From NCBI GenBank assembly GCA_009839725.1, contig VXPF01000024.1, positions 94,775-158,774 on the forward strand: 64,000 nucleotides of DNA, in the 5' to 3' direction. The DNA is from Dehalococcoidia bacterium (GTDB taxonomy: Bacteria > Chloroflexota > Dehalococcoidia > Tepidiformales > Tepidiformaceae). Positions within the stretch are counted from its first letter, which is position 1. The number at the start of each line of letters is the position of its first letter. Under the pieces are notes generated by a model. That model worked only from the letters and a program-made list of their open reading frames with translations. It had not been told where the DNA came from and did no database searches. The position numbers were made by a program, and so were the translations under genes. Shown piece by piece: positions 46,280 to 54,976 of the stretch.

Positions 46280-46612
46280 CTAGCGGGTGGCGATCGCCTC
46301 GCCCACGGCCTCCTGCGTGATGCTCCCGTGCGAGGCCGCCCACCGCGCCCGCGCATCCCGCAGGATCAGCACCTGTGGCGACTCGTGCTTCACCCCCGTG
46401 CGGGCCTCCACCGAGCGTGTCAGCTCTCGCCCCTCGGACACGTCGATGAGGGCGATGTCGCCTTCCACAAGCGACATCTCGTCGTAGGCGCGGCTGGAGA
46501 TGGGGCACCAGTAGTCGTGCAGGAAGAGGACGACGTCCTGCTCCCGCGACCGCTCGAACCAGTCGTCGAGCTCCGCCATCTCGGTCAAGTTCTGGAAGTC
46601 CTTGGCGCCCAC
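46280..46612 (-). CDS. YtxJ-like monothiol thioredoxin-fold protein (bacillithiol-system family)
   Basis: VVLFLHDYWCPIS corresponds to the family TCPIS motif. The C-terminal GVKHESPQVLILRD...ASHGSIT also fits. Start set at GTG 46612, after GAGGAG. Confidence 0.7.
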   Translation of the reverse strand: MGAKDFQNLTEMAELDDWFERSREQDVVLFLHDYWCPISSRAYDEMSLVEGDIALIDVSEGRELTRSVEARTGVKHESPQVLILRDARARWAASHGSITQEAVGEAIATR

Positions 46613-46689
46613 CGGCCACTCCTCGCCCCGTACCGGGGTCGCTCCCTCACGATAGCAGGCGCCCACGGCGCTGTGCTCGGGAGCCGTGC

Positions 46690-47109
46690 TCAGGATCGCC
46701 GGGCGATCGCGTAGGTGACGCGCCCCGCCGCCGCCAGCTCTCCCGACTCGTCGCGCACTTCGACCGCCACGAACACGGTCGTCCGGCCCGCCCGCAGCAC
46801 CCGCCCCTCGGCCGTCGCCTCCCCGCGCACCGCGCGCAGGTACGAGACGTTCAGGTCCGTTGTCGCGTGGCCCGCCCAGGTCTCGTCCTCCGGATCACGC
46901 AACGTCGCCACGGCCGAGCCCGAAGCGGCGTCGACCAGCGACGCGATGGCGCCGCCGTGCATCACATCCGGGCGGCGCGTGGCCAGCTCCTTCCCCATCG
47001 GCAGCCGCAACGTGACGTGCCCCCGTTCCGCGTCCACCAGCTCGATGCCGAGCAGCGACCAGTACGGGATCTGGTCGGCCGCCACCAGCTCCGCCATCGC
47101 AGGGTCCAT
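46690..47109 (-). CDS. PaaI-family hotdog-fold thioesterase
   Basis: GIELVDAERGHVTLRLP...VMHGGAIASLVDAASG. Only the last 139 codons of track ORF 46690-47922 are credible. Confidence 0.8.
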   Translation of the reverse strand: MDPAMAELVAADQIPYWSLLGIELVDAERGHVTLRLPMGKELATRRPDVMHGGAIASLVDAASGSAVATLRDPEDETWAGHATTDLNVSYLRAVRGEATAEGRVLRAGRTTVFVAVEVRDESGELAAAGRVTYAIARRS

Positions 47110-47166
47110 GGCTCTCCCCCGGCCCGTATACTGCCGCCCGCCAGCGACTCGGTCACGGAGGTAGGC

Positions 47167-48111
47167 ATGGTCACCATCCCCACCGCCGCCGGCGCCATCG
47201 ACCACACCGAGCTCGGCGCCACGCTCATGCACGAGCACGTCTTCATCCGTTCGCCCGGCGTGTTCGAGGCGTGGCCCGAACTGTGGGACCGCGATGCCGA
47301 GGTCGCCAACGCCGTCGAGCGCTTCCGCGAGCTGAAGGCCGCCGGCATCGACTCCATCGTCGACCTCACCACCATCGACCTCGGCCGCGACGCCGCGATG
47401 GTGTCGGAGGTCGCCCGCCAGGTCGACCTCAACATCGTCATGTGCACCGGCGTCTGGCGGCAGCCTCCCAACCTCTTCAAGCAGATGGACAGCGGCGCCA
47501 TCGCCGACCTCTTCGTGCGCGATATCGAGCAGGGCATCGAGGGCAGCGACGTCAGTGCCGGCGTCATCAAGCTGGCCACGCAGCCCACCGTCGACGAGGA
47601 GAACGAGGTCATGCTCCGCGCCGGCGCCCGCGCCCACCGGCGCACCGGCGTCCCCATCAGCACCCACACCGATGTCTCCACCGAATCCGGACTTGCCCAG
47701 CAGGATGTGTTCGAAAGCGAGGGCGTCGACCTCACCCGCGTCGTCATCGGCCACTCCGGCGACAGCGACGACACCAGCTACCTGAGTCGCATCATGGACC
47801 GCGGCAGCGCCATCGGCATGGACCGCTTCGGCATCGACCGCACCCTCAACACCGAGGGCCGCATCGAGACTATCGTCAGGCTCTGCGAGATGGGTTACGC
47901 CGAGGGCATGGTGCTCTCGCACGACACCAACTGCTTCATGGACACCATGCCGCGTGCCTCATCGCAAGAGTGGGCGCCCAACTGGCACTTCCTCCATATC
48001 TCGAACGACGTGCTTCCTGCGCTGCGCGAACGCGGCGTCAGCGAGGCACAGATCAACGCGATGATGGTGGAGAACCCGCGGCGCTTCTTCTCGCGCCGCG
48101 ACGCGTACTAG
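47167..48111 (+). CDS. Phosphotriesterase (PTE/PHP) family metal hydrolase
   Basis: LGATLMHEHVF (HxH), IVDLTT and GVIKLAT. Start is ATG 47167, after GGAGG. Confidence 0.85.
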   Translation: MVTIPTAAGAIDHTELGATLMHEHVFIRSPGVFEAWPELWDRDAEVANAVERFRELKAAGIDSIVDLTTIDLGRDAAMVSEVARQVDLNIVMCTGVWRQPPNLFKQMDSGAIADLFVRDIEQGIEGSDVSAGVIKLATQPTVDEENEVMLRAGARAHRRTGVPISTHTDVSTESGLAQQDVFESEGVDLTRVVIGHSGDSDDTSYLSRIMDRGSAIGMDRFGIDRTLNTEGRIETIVRLCEMGYAEGMVLSHDTNCFMDTMPRASSQEWAPNWHFLHISNDVLPALRERGVSEAQINAMMVENPRRFFSRRDAY

Positions 48112-48129
48112 AGGCGCCGGGCCCGGCGC

Positions 48130-48438
48130 CTAGAAGTCGAAGTCGTCCCCCATGTCGAGCCCTTCCATGCCCGGCATGCCGCCGCCCATCCCTGGCATGC
48201 CGCCCATGCCAGGCATGCCCGCTCCCATGTCCGGCATTCCGCCGGCCAGGTCGCCCAGGTCCCCGAGGTCGCCGAAGTCGTCGCCACCGCCGCCCACACC
48301 GATGATCGCGGCGCCGAAGATGCGCTGCGCGTTCTTGCCGCAGTCTGGGCAGCGCGCGCCCTGGCTGGCCTTCTCGACCGGCCGCTTGCGCTCGAAGACC
48401 CTCCCGCACGCGGCGCAGTTGAATTCGTAGATGGGCAT
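48130..48438 (-). CDS. FmdB-family zinc-ribbon protein with a Gly/Met/Asp-rich tail
   Basis: MPIYEFNCAACGRVFE...ARCPDCG is the CxxC_CxxC_SSSS signature. Start ATG 48438 was derived from the track frame. Confidence 0.75.
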   Translation of the reverse strand: MPIYEFNCAACGRVFERKRPVEKASQGARCPDCGKNAQRIFGAAIIGVGGGGDDFGDLGDLGDLAGGMPDMGAGMPGMGGMPGMGGGMPGMEGLDMGDDFDF

Positions 48439-48555
48439 GGAACGGGTTCCTTTCCGGAGGTCCGACGGTACGTGCGCCAGATCGTAGCACTCCCGCTGGA
48501 GCGGTCGAGCTTCGTGCGGGTGCGCCGACGACGCGCTACGATCGAGCCTCGCCGG

Positions 48556-48630
48556 GCCCCCGTAGCTCAGCGGATAGAGTGTCGGCCTCCGGAGCCGAAG
48601 GCAGAGGTTCGAGTCCTCTCGGGGGTACCA
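48556..48630 (+). tRNA. tRNA-Arg (anticodon CCG), CCA encoded
   Basis: Folded by hand from GCCCCCGTAGCTCAGCGGATAGAGTGTCGGCCTCCGGAGCCGAAGGCAGAGGTTCGAGTCCTCTCGGGGGTACCA. Anticodon stem TCGGC/GCCGA with loop CTCCGGA, T arm AGAGG-TTCGAGT-CCTCT. The variable loop is short at 4 nt. Confidence 0.88.
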
Positions 48631-48732
48631 CCTCTTGACAGGGACTGCGGGCGTGCACCTCCCGCGCAAGGGCGAACTCCAGCCGTGAGCCGCCTCGGCC
48701 CAGCCGATCTCATGCCTCGTCCGCTGGCGCCT

Positions 48733-49455
48733 TCAGCGCCCCAGATGGCGATCGAAGAACCCCAACATCGAGGTCCACGCCGCCTCGGCCGAGGGCTCGT
48801 GATGGGCAGCCGTCATGGGCGAGAACCGCACCAGCAGCGACTGCAATCGCCCGTACTGGTTCATGAACGAGTGGCCGGCATCGGGGTAGGTGGTGATCTC
48901 GTGTTCCACGCCCAGCTCCTGCAGATGGCCGCGCAACCGTTCGGCGTGGCTGCCGAGGACGCGGTCCCGGGCACCGTAGCCGCCGACCACAGGGCAGATC
49001 CCCTCGATCGCCTCGCGCTCCGCCGGGACGGCGCCGTAGAAGTCCGCCACCGCGCCGATCGGCGCGCGGGCGGCGTAGAGGATGGCGAACCCTCCGCCCA
49101 TGCAGAACCCGGCCACCGCCAGGCGCGACGCATCGACCTCGGGCCGCGCCGCCAGCCACTGGCGGGCGGCCTCGATGTCGTCGAAGGCGCGACCCGTGCC
49201 GCTGCGCAGCGCGGCCATGGTGCGGCGGATGCAGAGCAGCCGGGGGCCGGCTCCGGCCGAGTACAGGTCGGGCGCCAAGGCCACGTAGCCATGGTTGGCG
49301 AAACGCCGGGCGATGCGGCGGATGTCGTCGTTCAGGCCGAACAGTTCATGCAGGACGATCACGCCTGGCCGGGAACCACCGGCCTGGCCCGTAGTGGCCA
49401 GGTAAGCCGACAGTTCTCCGTCGCTGGTCGCCAGGCGAACGTCTTCAGTCAGCAT
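48733..49455 (-). CDS. Dienelactone hydrolase family protein
   Basis: PGVIVLHELFGLN and the Cys nucleophile elbow GFCMGGG. Confidence 0.85.
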   Translation of the reverse strand: MLTEDVRLATSDGELSAYLATTGQAGGSRPGVIVLHELFGLNDDIRRIARRFANHGYVALAPDLYSAGAGPRLLCIRRTMAALRSGTGRAFDDIEAARQWLAARPEVDASRLAVAGFCMGGGFAILYAARAPIGAVADFYGAVPAEREAIEGICPVVGGYGARDRVLGSHAERLRGHLQELGVEHEITTYPDAGHSFMNQYGRLQSLLVRFSPMTAAHHEPSAEAAWTSMLGFFDRHLGR

Positions 49456-49559
49456 GGTGCACCTGCCATCTCGCTCCCGGGTGATTCTACGGAGAGCGCC
49501 TCTAGGATGAGCCGGTGCGCGTCAGGGGCGGCACGGCGCGGCTCGCAGAGGAGGGAGGC

Positions 49560-50417
49560 ATGACGGAGGGCTCGAGCGTCGATATTGCCAGCCTGGAGAA
49601 GCTGGGTGAGGGATACGAGGCGGAGATCTTCGCGTGGGAGGATGGCCAGGCTCTGCGGCTGTTCCGCGAGGGGTATGAGGCCAACGTCGAGCCGGAGCGG
49701 ATCGCGATACCGGCAGCGCTGGCGGGAGGCATCCCGGCGCCGCGCCTGGGCGAGGCGCTGCGCCTCGGTGGCCGCGCGGGCACGCTTATGGAGCGCATCG
49801 ACGGGGAGAACCTGCTCGACCTGGTGGGACGCAAGCCTTGGCTCCTGGCCCGGGAGGCGTGGGAGACGGGCAAGATCCATGCCCGGCTGAACGCGCTTCC
49901 CGCCCCCTCCGGAATCGCGACCGTCCACGAGCGGGCGCGCGAGTGGGTCGGGAACGTGGAGATTCCGCCGCACCTGGCGGCGCTCGCCAGTGAAACGCTC
50001 CAGGAGCTCGAAGGCGGAGACCGGTTCTGCCACGGAGACTTCCATGCCGGGAACGTCTTGCTGGAGCGGGGAGGGCGGCGGGTGGTAATCGACTGGGGGT
50101 CGTGCGCGGCCGGGCCACCCGAGGCGGACGTGGCGCGCACGGTGACTCTGGTGCGTCTGGGCGAGCCGCTCGATGCGACCCCGGCGATGCGTGTGATCAC
50201 GCGGCTGTTCCGACCGTTGGCCGCCTTCGCCTACTTGCGGGGGTACCGGCTGACGGGGCCGGTCGACACGAACCTGATGTGGCGCTGGGTGGTCGTACGA
50301 GCAATCGAGCACCTGGCCATCCTGCGGGCGATCCGCCCACCCGACGAGGAGACTCCGTCCCGAGTGGCAGCGGTCGAGGGACTGATAGCGGTAGCGCAGA
50401 AGCGTGCAGGTGCGTAG
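49560..50417 (+). CDS. Aminoglycoside/choline-kinase-like phosphotransferase (APH family)
   Basis: FCHGDFHAGNVLL (HxDxxxxN) and VVIDWG. Start is ATG 49560, after GGAGGGAGG. Confidence 0.75.
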   Translation: MTEGSSVDIASLEKLGEGYEAEIFAWEDGQALRLFREGYEANVEPERIAIPAALAGGIPAPRLGEALRLGGRAGTLMERIDGENLLDLVGRKPWLLAREAWETGKIHARLNALPAPSGIATVHERAREWVGNVEIPPHLAALASETLQELEGGDRFCHGDFHAGNVLLERGGRRVVIDWGSCAAGPPEADVARTVTLVRLGEPLDATPAMRVITRLFRPLAAFAYLRGYRLTGPVDTNLMWRWVVVRAIEHLAILRAIRPPDEETPSRVAAVEGLIAVAQKRAGA

Positions 50418-50478
50418 TCGGACGTCTGGCCTTCCCCTGTCAGGTTAGGGGTACCACCGCTTCACCGGTGCTCCCCAC

Positions 50479-51528
50479 TCACGCCAGCGCGGCTTCGACG
50501 CGGCGTTCCAGGTCCGCGACGCGCGACAGGTGCTCGGCCATCGACTCCTGGTCGGAGCGGGCCGCTGCAACGTGGGCGCGACCCAGGCGCCGCGCCTGCT
50601 CGCTCTTGAGCTCCGCGAGCTCCGGCGCGACCTCCTGCAGGAACCAGGCGTAGTCCAGCGCTCGCCTCACCCCCAGCGGCAACGCGAATCGCCGCAGGTG
50701 CTCCAGCCCCTGCTCTGCCAGCGCCCCGTCCCGGAGCGTCGCGACCAGGGCCTCCACGGCCTCGGGCCCGATGGCGACCCCCGGGAGAGCCGTGGCTCTG
50801 GACTCGCGGTAGGCCCAGGCAAAGGACCGGATCGCCTTGTTCGCAATCTCCTCCGGCACCGGGCTCGTGGTGCGAGTGGGGGAGTGCCATCGACGGTAAG
50901 TACCCCTGCGGTACTCGATCAGGTCGGCCCTCCAGGCGCGATCCAGTGCTTCAAGGGCGATCGGCACTGCGGGGTATCCATCGGGATCGTGCACGACAAC
51001 TTCATCGCCTTCGAAGCCGAGGGCGAGGACGAAGTGATCGACCCCGTTCCCTTCCTGGCTATCAGGCTGGTAAGGGAGCTCTCCCACATCCAGCGGACCG
51101 AGCAACACCGGCCCATCGTCGAGCTGTCGGGCCAGGGCTTCCGCAGGCATGGGGGCGCCGTCGGACTCCGCTTCCTCGGCCACCTTGAATCCCAACAGCC
51201 CGAACGCCCGAGACACGCCCACATCCGGCATGGATGCCCAGCCGCTCAAGAAAAGCGTCTGAGACTCCGCGAGCCAGAAGGCCCCCAGCCCCACGCCGGA
51301 CAGGACTTCGAGCAGTCGCGGCTCGACCGTCTCGCCGACGCTCTCGAGGAGCATCGCTGCCGAGTTGGCGTAGCAATAGGGGCCGTTGCCGATGTAGCTC
51401 ACCATGGACATCTCGGGGTCGTTGCACGCCTTGTGGGGATGGCGCTGGTACCACTGCTCCTGGCCCGCAACTTTACCGCCGTGGCAGCCGGACGTGTCTG
51501 AAAGCCGAACGACATATTTCTGCGACAT
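50479..51528 (-). CDS. BtrH-N / peptidase C39-like papain-fold domain protein with a helical C-terminal half (tentative)
   Basis: Candidate Cys in GPYCYANSAAMLL and His in DHFVLALGFEGDEVVVHDP, in the order expected for the fold. Recognition is from memory only. Confidence 0.45.
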   Translation of the reverse strand: MSQKYVVRLSDTSGCHGGKVAGQEQWYQRHPHKACNDPEMSMVSYIGNGPYCYANSAAMLLESVGETVEPRLLEVLSGVGLGAFWLAESQTLFLSGWASMPDVGVSRAFGLLGFKVAEEAESDGAPMPAEALARQLDDGPVLLGPLDVGELPYQPDSQEGNGVDHFVLALGFEGDEVVVHDPDGYPAVPIALEALDRAWRADLIEYRRGTYRRWHSPTRTTSPVPEEIANKAIRSFAWAYRESRATALPGVAIGPEAVEALVATLRDGALAEQGLEHLRRFALPLGVRRALDYAWFLQEVAPELAELKSEQARRLGRAHVAAARSDQESMAEHLSRVADLERRVEAALA

Positions 51529-51570
51529 TCCGCTCCTACGGTCGGCGTCATCACAGATGAAAGGACTGAT

Positions 51571-52752
51571 GTGATGATGTTCAAGAAGCTGTTCCCGAAG
51601 ACGTTCCTGATCGGGTCGGTCCTTGTGGCCGTACTCGGCGCCGGAGTCCTGGTTGCCTGCGGAGAAGGCTCTGAGTCAGGCGAGAACGGGGACTCTGGCC
51701 ACGGCGTCAGCGAGGCCTCCTCCGGGCGGGAAGGCCCTGGCGAGCATGGCGGCCGGGGCGAAGGCGGCGAGGGCGCTGGCGAGCCGGGCCACGCCGACGG
51801 CTCCGGTGAAGGGGGCCACGTCGAAGGCAGTGGCTCCGAAGGTGGCGAAGCCAACGAAGCCGCCATGTCGAGCCCGATCATTCCGCTCGGGCAGTCATGG
51901 GAAGGCAACCTCGGCGGGCTGGCCGTCTCCGCTCGCTTCGACGAGGCGACCGGGACCGTCTACACCACCGTCGAGAACACGACCTCGGAGAAGCTCTGCT
52001 ACGTCCAGTCCGAGCCCCACATGAAGATGGGCGCGCGGACCGTGGGCGAGCTCGGCCCCGACAAGCTGGGCGACCTGAACCCCGGTCAGCAAGCGGCGTC
52101 CGTCCTGGCGGTCGCCGATGAGCCGGCCATGGCTGGAGTCGCCTACGACGGCTACGTCGTGCACATGGAGGTCTTCGACTGCAGTGGCCCAGGCCCCGTT
52201 CCCCACTCGGGAGAGGGCGCCGAGGGCGGCGGCGAAGGCGCCGAAGGCAGCGGCGAGTCCGGTGGCGAGCACGGTGCCCGGGGCGAAGGCTCCGTCGAGG
52301 GTGGCGCCGAGGGCTCCGAGGCCGGCGGCGAAGAAGGCAGCGGCGCCATGCTGGCGCTGGATGAGACCTTCGACACGGTCCGTAGCGGCGCCCGGCTGAT
52401 CCTCAGCTACGACGCCTCGACCAACGCCTTCACGGGTACCGTCGAGAACACGACGAACAGTGTCCTCACCCGCGTCAGGATTGAAGTGCACCTCTCCAAC
52501 GGCGTGGAGCTCGGTCCCACAACTCCGGTGGACATGGCTCCGGGCGAGGTGCGGACGGTCAACCTGCCGGCGACGGCAGAGCCGTTCACTGGCTGGGTTC
52601 CCCATGCCGAAGTCGGCGGGGGCGAGTCCGGTGGCGAGCACGGCTCCGGCGGCGACGGCAGCGAGTCCGGCGGCGAGCACGGCTCCGGCGGCGACGGCAA
52701 CGAGTCCGGCGGCGAGCACGGCTCCGGCGGCGAGCGGCGTGGTCGCGGCTAG
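51571..52752 (+). CDS. Secreted lipoprotein with two homologous internal domains and Gly/Glu/Ser/His-rich repeat linkers
   Basis: Signal peptide MMMFKKLFPKTFLIGSVLVAVLGAGVLVAC with a lipobox. It shows an internal duplication (TGTVYTTVENTTSEKL versus TGTVENTTNSVL). The start could be GTG 51571 or ATG 51574. Confidence 0.7.
   Translation: MMMFKKLFPKTFLIGSVLVAVLGAGVLVACGEGSESGENGDSGHGVSEASSGREGPGEHGGRGEGGEGAGEPGHADGSGEGGHVEGSGSEGGEANEAAMSSPIIPLGQSWEGNLGGLAVSARFDEATGTVYTTVENTTSEKLCYVQSEPHMKMGARTVGELGPDKLGDLNPGQQAASVLAVADEPAMAGVAYDGYVVHMEVFDCSGPGPVPHSGEGAEGGGEGAEGSGESGGEHGARGEGSVEGGAEGSEAGGEEGSGAMLALDETFDTVRSGARLILSYDASTNAFTGTVENTTNSVLTRVRIEVHLSNGVELGPTTPVDMAPGEVRTVNLPATAEPFTGWVPHAEVGGGESGGEHGSGGDGSESGGEHGSGGDGNESGGEHGSGGERRGRG
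52624..52734 (+). repeat. Near-perfect 39-nt in-frame tandem repeat (about 2.8 units) encoding ESGGEHGSGGDG(S/N)
   Basis: Units at 52624-52662, 52663-52701 and 52702-52734 differ at only two positions (ggt/ggc and agc/aac). Confidence 0.85.
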
Positions 52753-52863
52753 CGCCCGGTCGCAGCTGGCAAGGGGTGTACGCTCAACAGCGGAGCATCC
52801 TGCGAGTGGACGCGGCGTCTCTCCTGAGGCGCCGCGTCCGAGAACGTTCTTCGAGGACTGCTG

Positions 52864-53541
52864 ATGAGCGGCACGGTCTTGATAGTCGAAGACGACAGGC
52901 GGATCGCGAACTGGGTGAAGGTGTACTTCGAGCGCGCCGGATTCTCCGCCGAGATGGCTCACGACGGCGAGAGCGGGCTGGCCCTGGCCCGCGATCTGGC
53001 CCCCGACCTGGTCATCCTCGACCTCATGCTTCCTCGCCTCGACGGCGTGGAGTTGTGCCGAATCCTCCGCCGCGAGTCGGACGTTCCGATCATCATGCTG
53101 ACCGCCAGGGAAGCCCCGGCCGAGCGAATCACCGGACTGGACAGCGGAGCCGACGACTACATCATCAAACCGTTCGACCCGGAGGAAGTCATCGCCCGCG
53201 CCGAGGCCGTGCTGCGTCGCGTCAAGGGCAAGGTTCAGCAGGTGTTGACGCGCGGCGCCATCACGCTGAACGAGACCACCGGCGTCGTCGCGGTCGACGA
53301 GGAGCCCGTGGCCTTGAGCCAGGCCCAGATAGCCCTCCTGGCGACCTTCATGCGGCATCCCAACCAGGTGCTGACTCGCGAGCAGCTCATCTCCCTGACC
53401 TTCAGCAGTGAATTCGAGGGCTTCGATCGCGCCATCGACAGCCAGGTCGCCCGCCTGCGCAAGCAGATCAACCGCGACGGCCGCGAGCCCATCCAGACGG
53501 TCTACGGTGCTGGCTACCGGTTCGTATCGGAGGACGCCTGA
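52864..53541 (+). CDS. OmpR/PhoB-family response regulator
   Basis: Receiver domain (VLIVEDD, LVILDLMLP, ADDYIIKPF) plus a winged-helix C-terminus (RLRKQI...IQTVYGAGYRF). Confidence 0.9.
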   Translation: MSGTVLIVEDDRRIANWVKVYFERAGFSAEMAHDGESGLALARDLAPDLVILDLMLPRLDGVELCRILRRESDVPIIMLTAREAPAERITGLDSGADDYIIKPFDPEEVIARAEAVLRRVKGKVQQVLTRGAITLNETTGVVAVDEEPVALSQAQIALLATFMRHPNQVLTREQLISLTFSSEFEGFDRAIDSQVARLRKQINRDGREPIQTVYGAGYRFVSEDA

Positions 53542-54947
53542 TGTCGCTGCGCTGGCGAATCATGGGCGCGACCGTCCTCGTGGTCCTTCTCGCGGTCCTG
53601 ATCAGCGTGGCCGTGGGCTACTACGCGGCGCAGTCCCGCCTGGGCGAGTTCGTCGACGAGATCGGTGATGACGAGGCGGTCCAACTGGCCCGCAACCTGA
53701 GCCGGGAGCACACCACCGCCGGCGGGTGGGGCACGGCGGACCGGGCGCTGTCGGAGGCCGGGTACAGCTATGGGCAAGCGCCCGGGCGGGAGGGCTCGGA
53801 CGACGGTGAAGAGGACCACGTCGAGGCCCTGCACCGGGATCCGGTCCGGGTCGTGATCATCGACACCGATGGGCGTGTCGTAAGGGATAACTTCTTCGAG
53901 CTGGCTCCGGGGGAGCCGGCGCCCGATCTGGGAGGGCGCCGCGAAACGGTGTCCGACCTGGCCACGAACCAGCCCGTCGGCTACGTCTACGTGGACGTCA
54001 ATCGAGAGTTTCTGTCGAGCGAGTCCCACGGTTTCCTCAGCAGGCTCCTGCTCATCACCCTCATTGGCGGCGCGGTCACGGCCGGCGTCGCCATCCTGCT
54101 GGCCGGCTGGCTGTCCCGCCGCATCACGGCGCCCGTCACGGCCCTGACGGATGCGACCCAGGCGATCGCCCAGGGCGACACGACACGGCTGCCGGTCACG
54201 TCCTCGGACGAGCTGGGCAGGATGAGCGAGGCCTTCAACCGCATGACCTCCGCGCTGGAGACCCAGCGCGACCTCCGCAGACGGCTCGTGAACGATGTCT
54301 CCCACGAGTTGAACACGCCCCTGAGCGTTATCCAGCTGGAAGCAAAGGGACTCTCGGACGGACTCCAGGAGCCCGAGCGCGCGTCCGACCTCATCATCGG
54401 GGAGGTGCACCGGCTTCGGGGACTCGTCTCCGACCTGAACTCGCTCGCGGAGACCGACTACGGGGAGTTGGGCCTTACCCTCGAGCCCACGTCGCTCTCC
54501 GCGCTGCTCACCGCTGAGGTGGAGCGCTGGCAGCCGCAGGCGCGAGCCCGGGAGGTCGAGCTGTCGCTGCGGCTCTCCGACGACCTCCCCGACATGAGCC
54601 TCGACAGGATGCGGATGAGCCAGGCGCTGGGAAACTTTCTGAGCAACGCCATCAACGCCTCCGAGCCCGGCGGGGCCGTCGTCCTCGGGGCTGAGCTGGA
54701 AGGCGGGGACACGGTGGCTATCTCCGTTGTCGATGACGGCGCCGGCATCGAGGCAGCGGACCTGCCCCACGTCTTTGATCGCTTCTACCGCACCGACCAG
54801 TCCCGCAGCCGTGGGATAGCCGGCACCGGTCTGGGGCTGGCCATCGCGCGAGCGGTCGTGGAAGCGCACGGGGGTACCGTCACTGTGTCGAGCGCGGGGC
54901 CTGGACAGGGCGCTACCGTTATCATTCGCCTGATTCGAAATAGTTGA
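53541..54947 (+). CDS. Sensor histidine kinase (2 TM, HAMP, HisKA, HATPase_c)
   Basis: H-box SHELNTPL, N-box NFLSNAINAS, G1 DDGAGI and G2 GTGLGLAI. ATGA-type overlap with the regulator gene. Confidence 0.9.
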   Translation: MSLRWRIMGATVLVVLLAVLISVAVGYYAAQSRLGEFVDEIGDDEAVQLARNLSREHTTAGGWGTADRALSEAGYSYGQAPGREGSDDGEEDHVEALHRDPVRVVIIDTDGRVVRDNFFELAPGEPAPDLGGRRETVSDLATNQPVGYVYVDVNREFLSSESHGFLSRLLLITLIGGAVTAGVAILLAGWLSRRITAPVTALTDATQAIAQGDTTRLPVTSSDELGRMSEAFNRMTSALETQRDLRRRLVNDVSHELNTPLSVIQLEAKGLSDGLQEPERASDLIIGEVHRLRGLVSDLNSLAETDYGELGLTLEPTSLSALLTAEVERWQPQARAREVELSLRLSDDLPDMSLDRMRMSQALGNFLSNAINASEPGGAVVLGAELEGGDTVAISVVDDGAGIEAADLPHVFDRFYRTDQSRSRGIAGTGLGLAIARAVVEAHGGTVTVSSAGPGQGATVIIRLIRNS

Positions 54948-54976
54948 ACGAAGGGTTCACGTTGCTTGCTCCCGTG

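Noticed and set aside
46690-47922. N-terminal 271 codons of the 410-aa track ORF
   Set aside because: They are antisense to the phosphotriesterase-family gene. Only the last 139 codons (the PaaI thioesterase, starting at ATG 47109) have a family signature.
48439-48669. Upstream extension of the FmdB ORF (and the similar extensions at 29308-29502 and 29325-29522)
   Set aside because: These extensions read through tRNA-Arg or tRNA-Gly genes. Internal starts with SD boxes and paralogue alignment give shorter, sensible proteins.
51700-52740. Possible RTX-type (GGxGxD) calcium-binding repeats in the lipoprotein linkers
   Set aside because: The repeats have a 13-aa period (ESGGEHGSGGDGS), not the nonapeptide GGxGxDxUx. 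They lack the hydrophobic position, so they do not form an RTX beta-roll.
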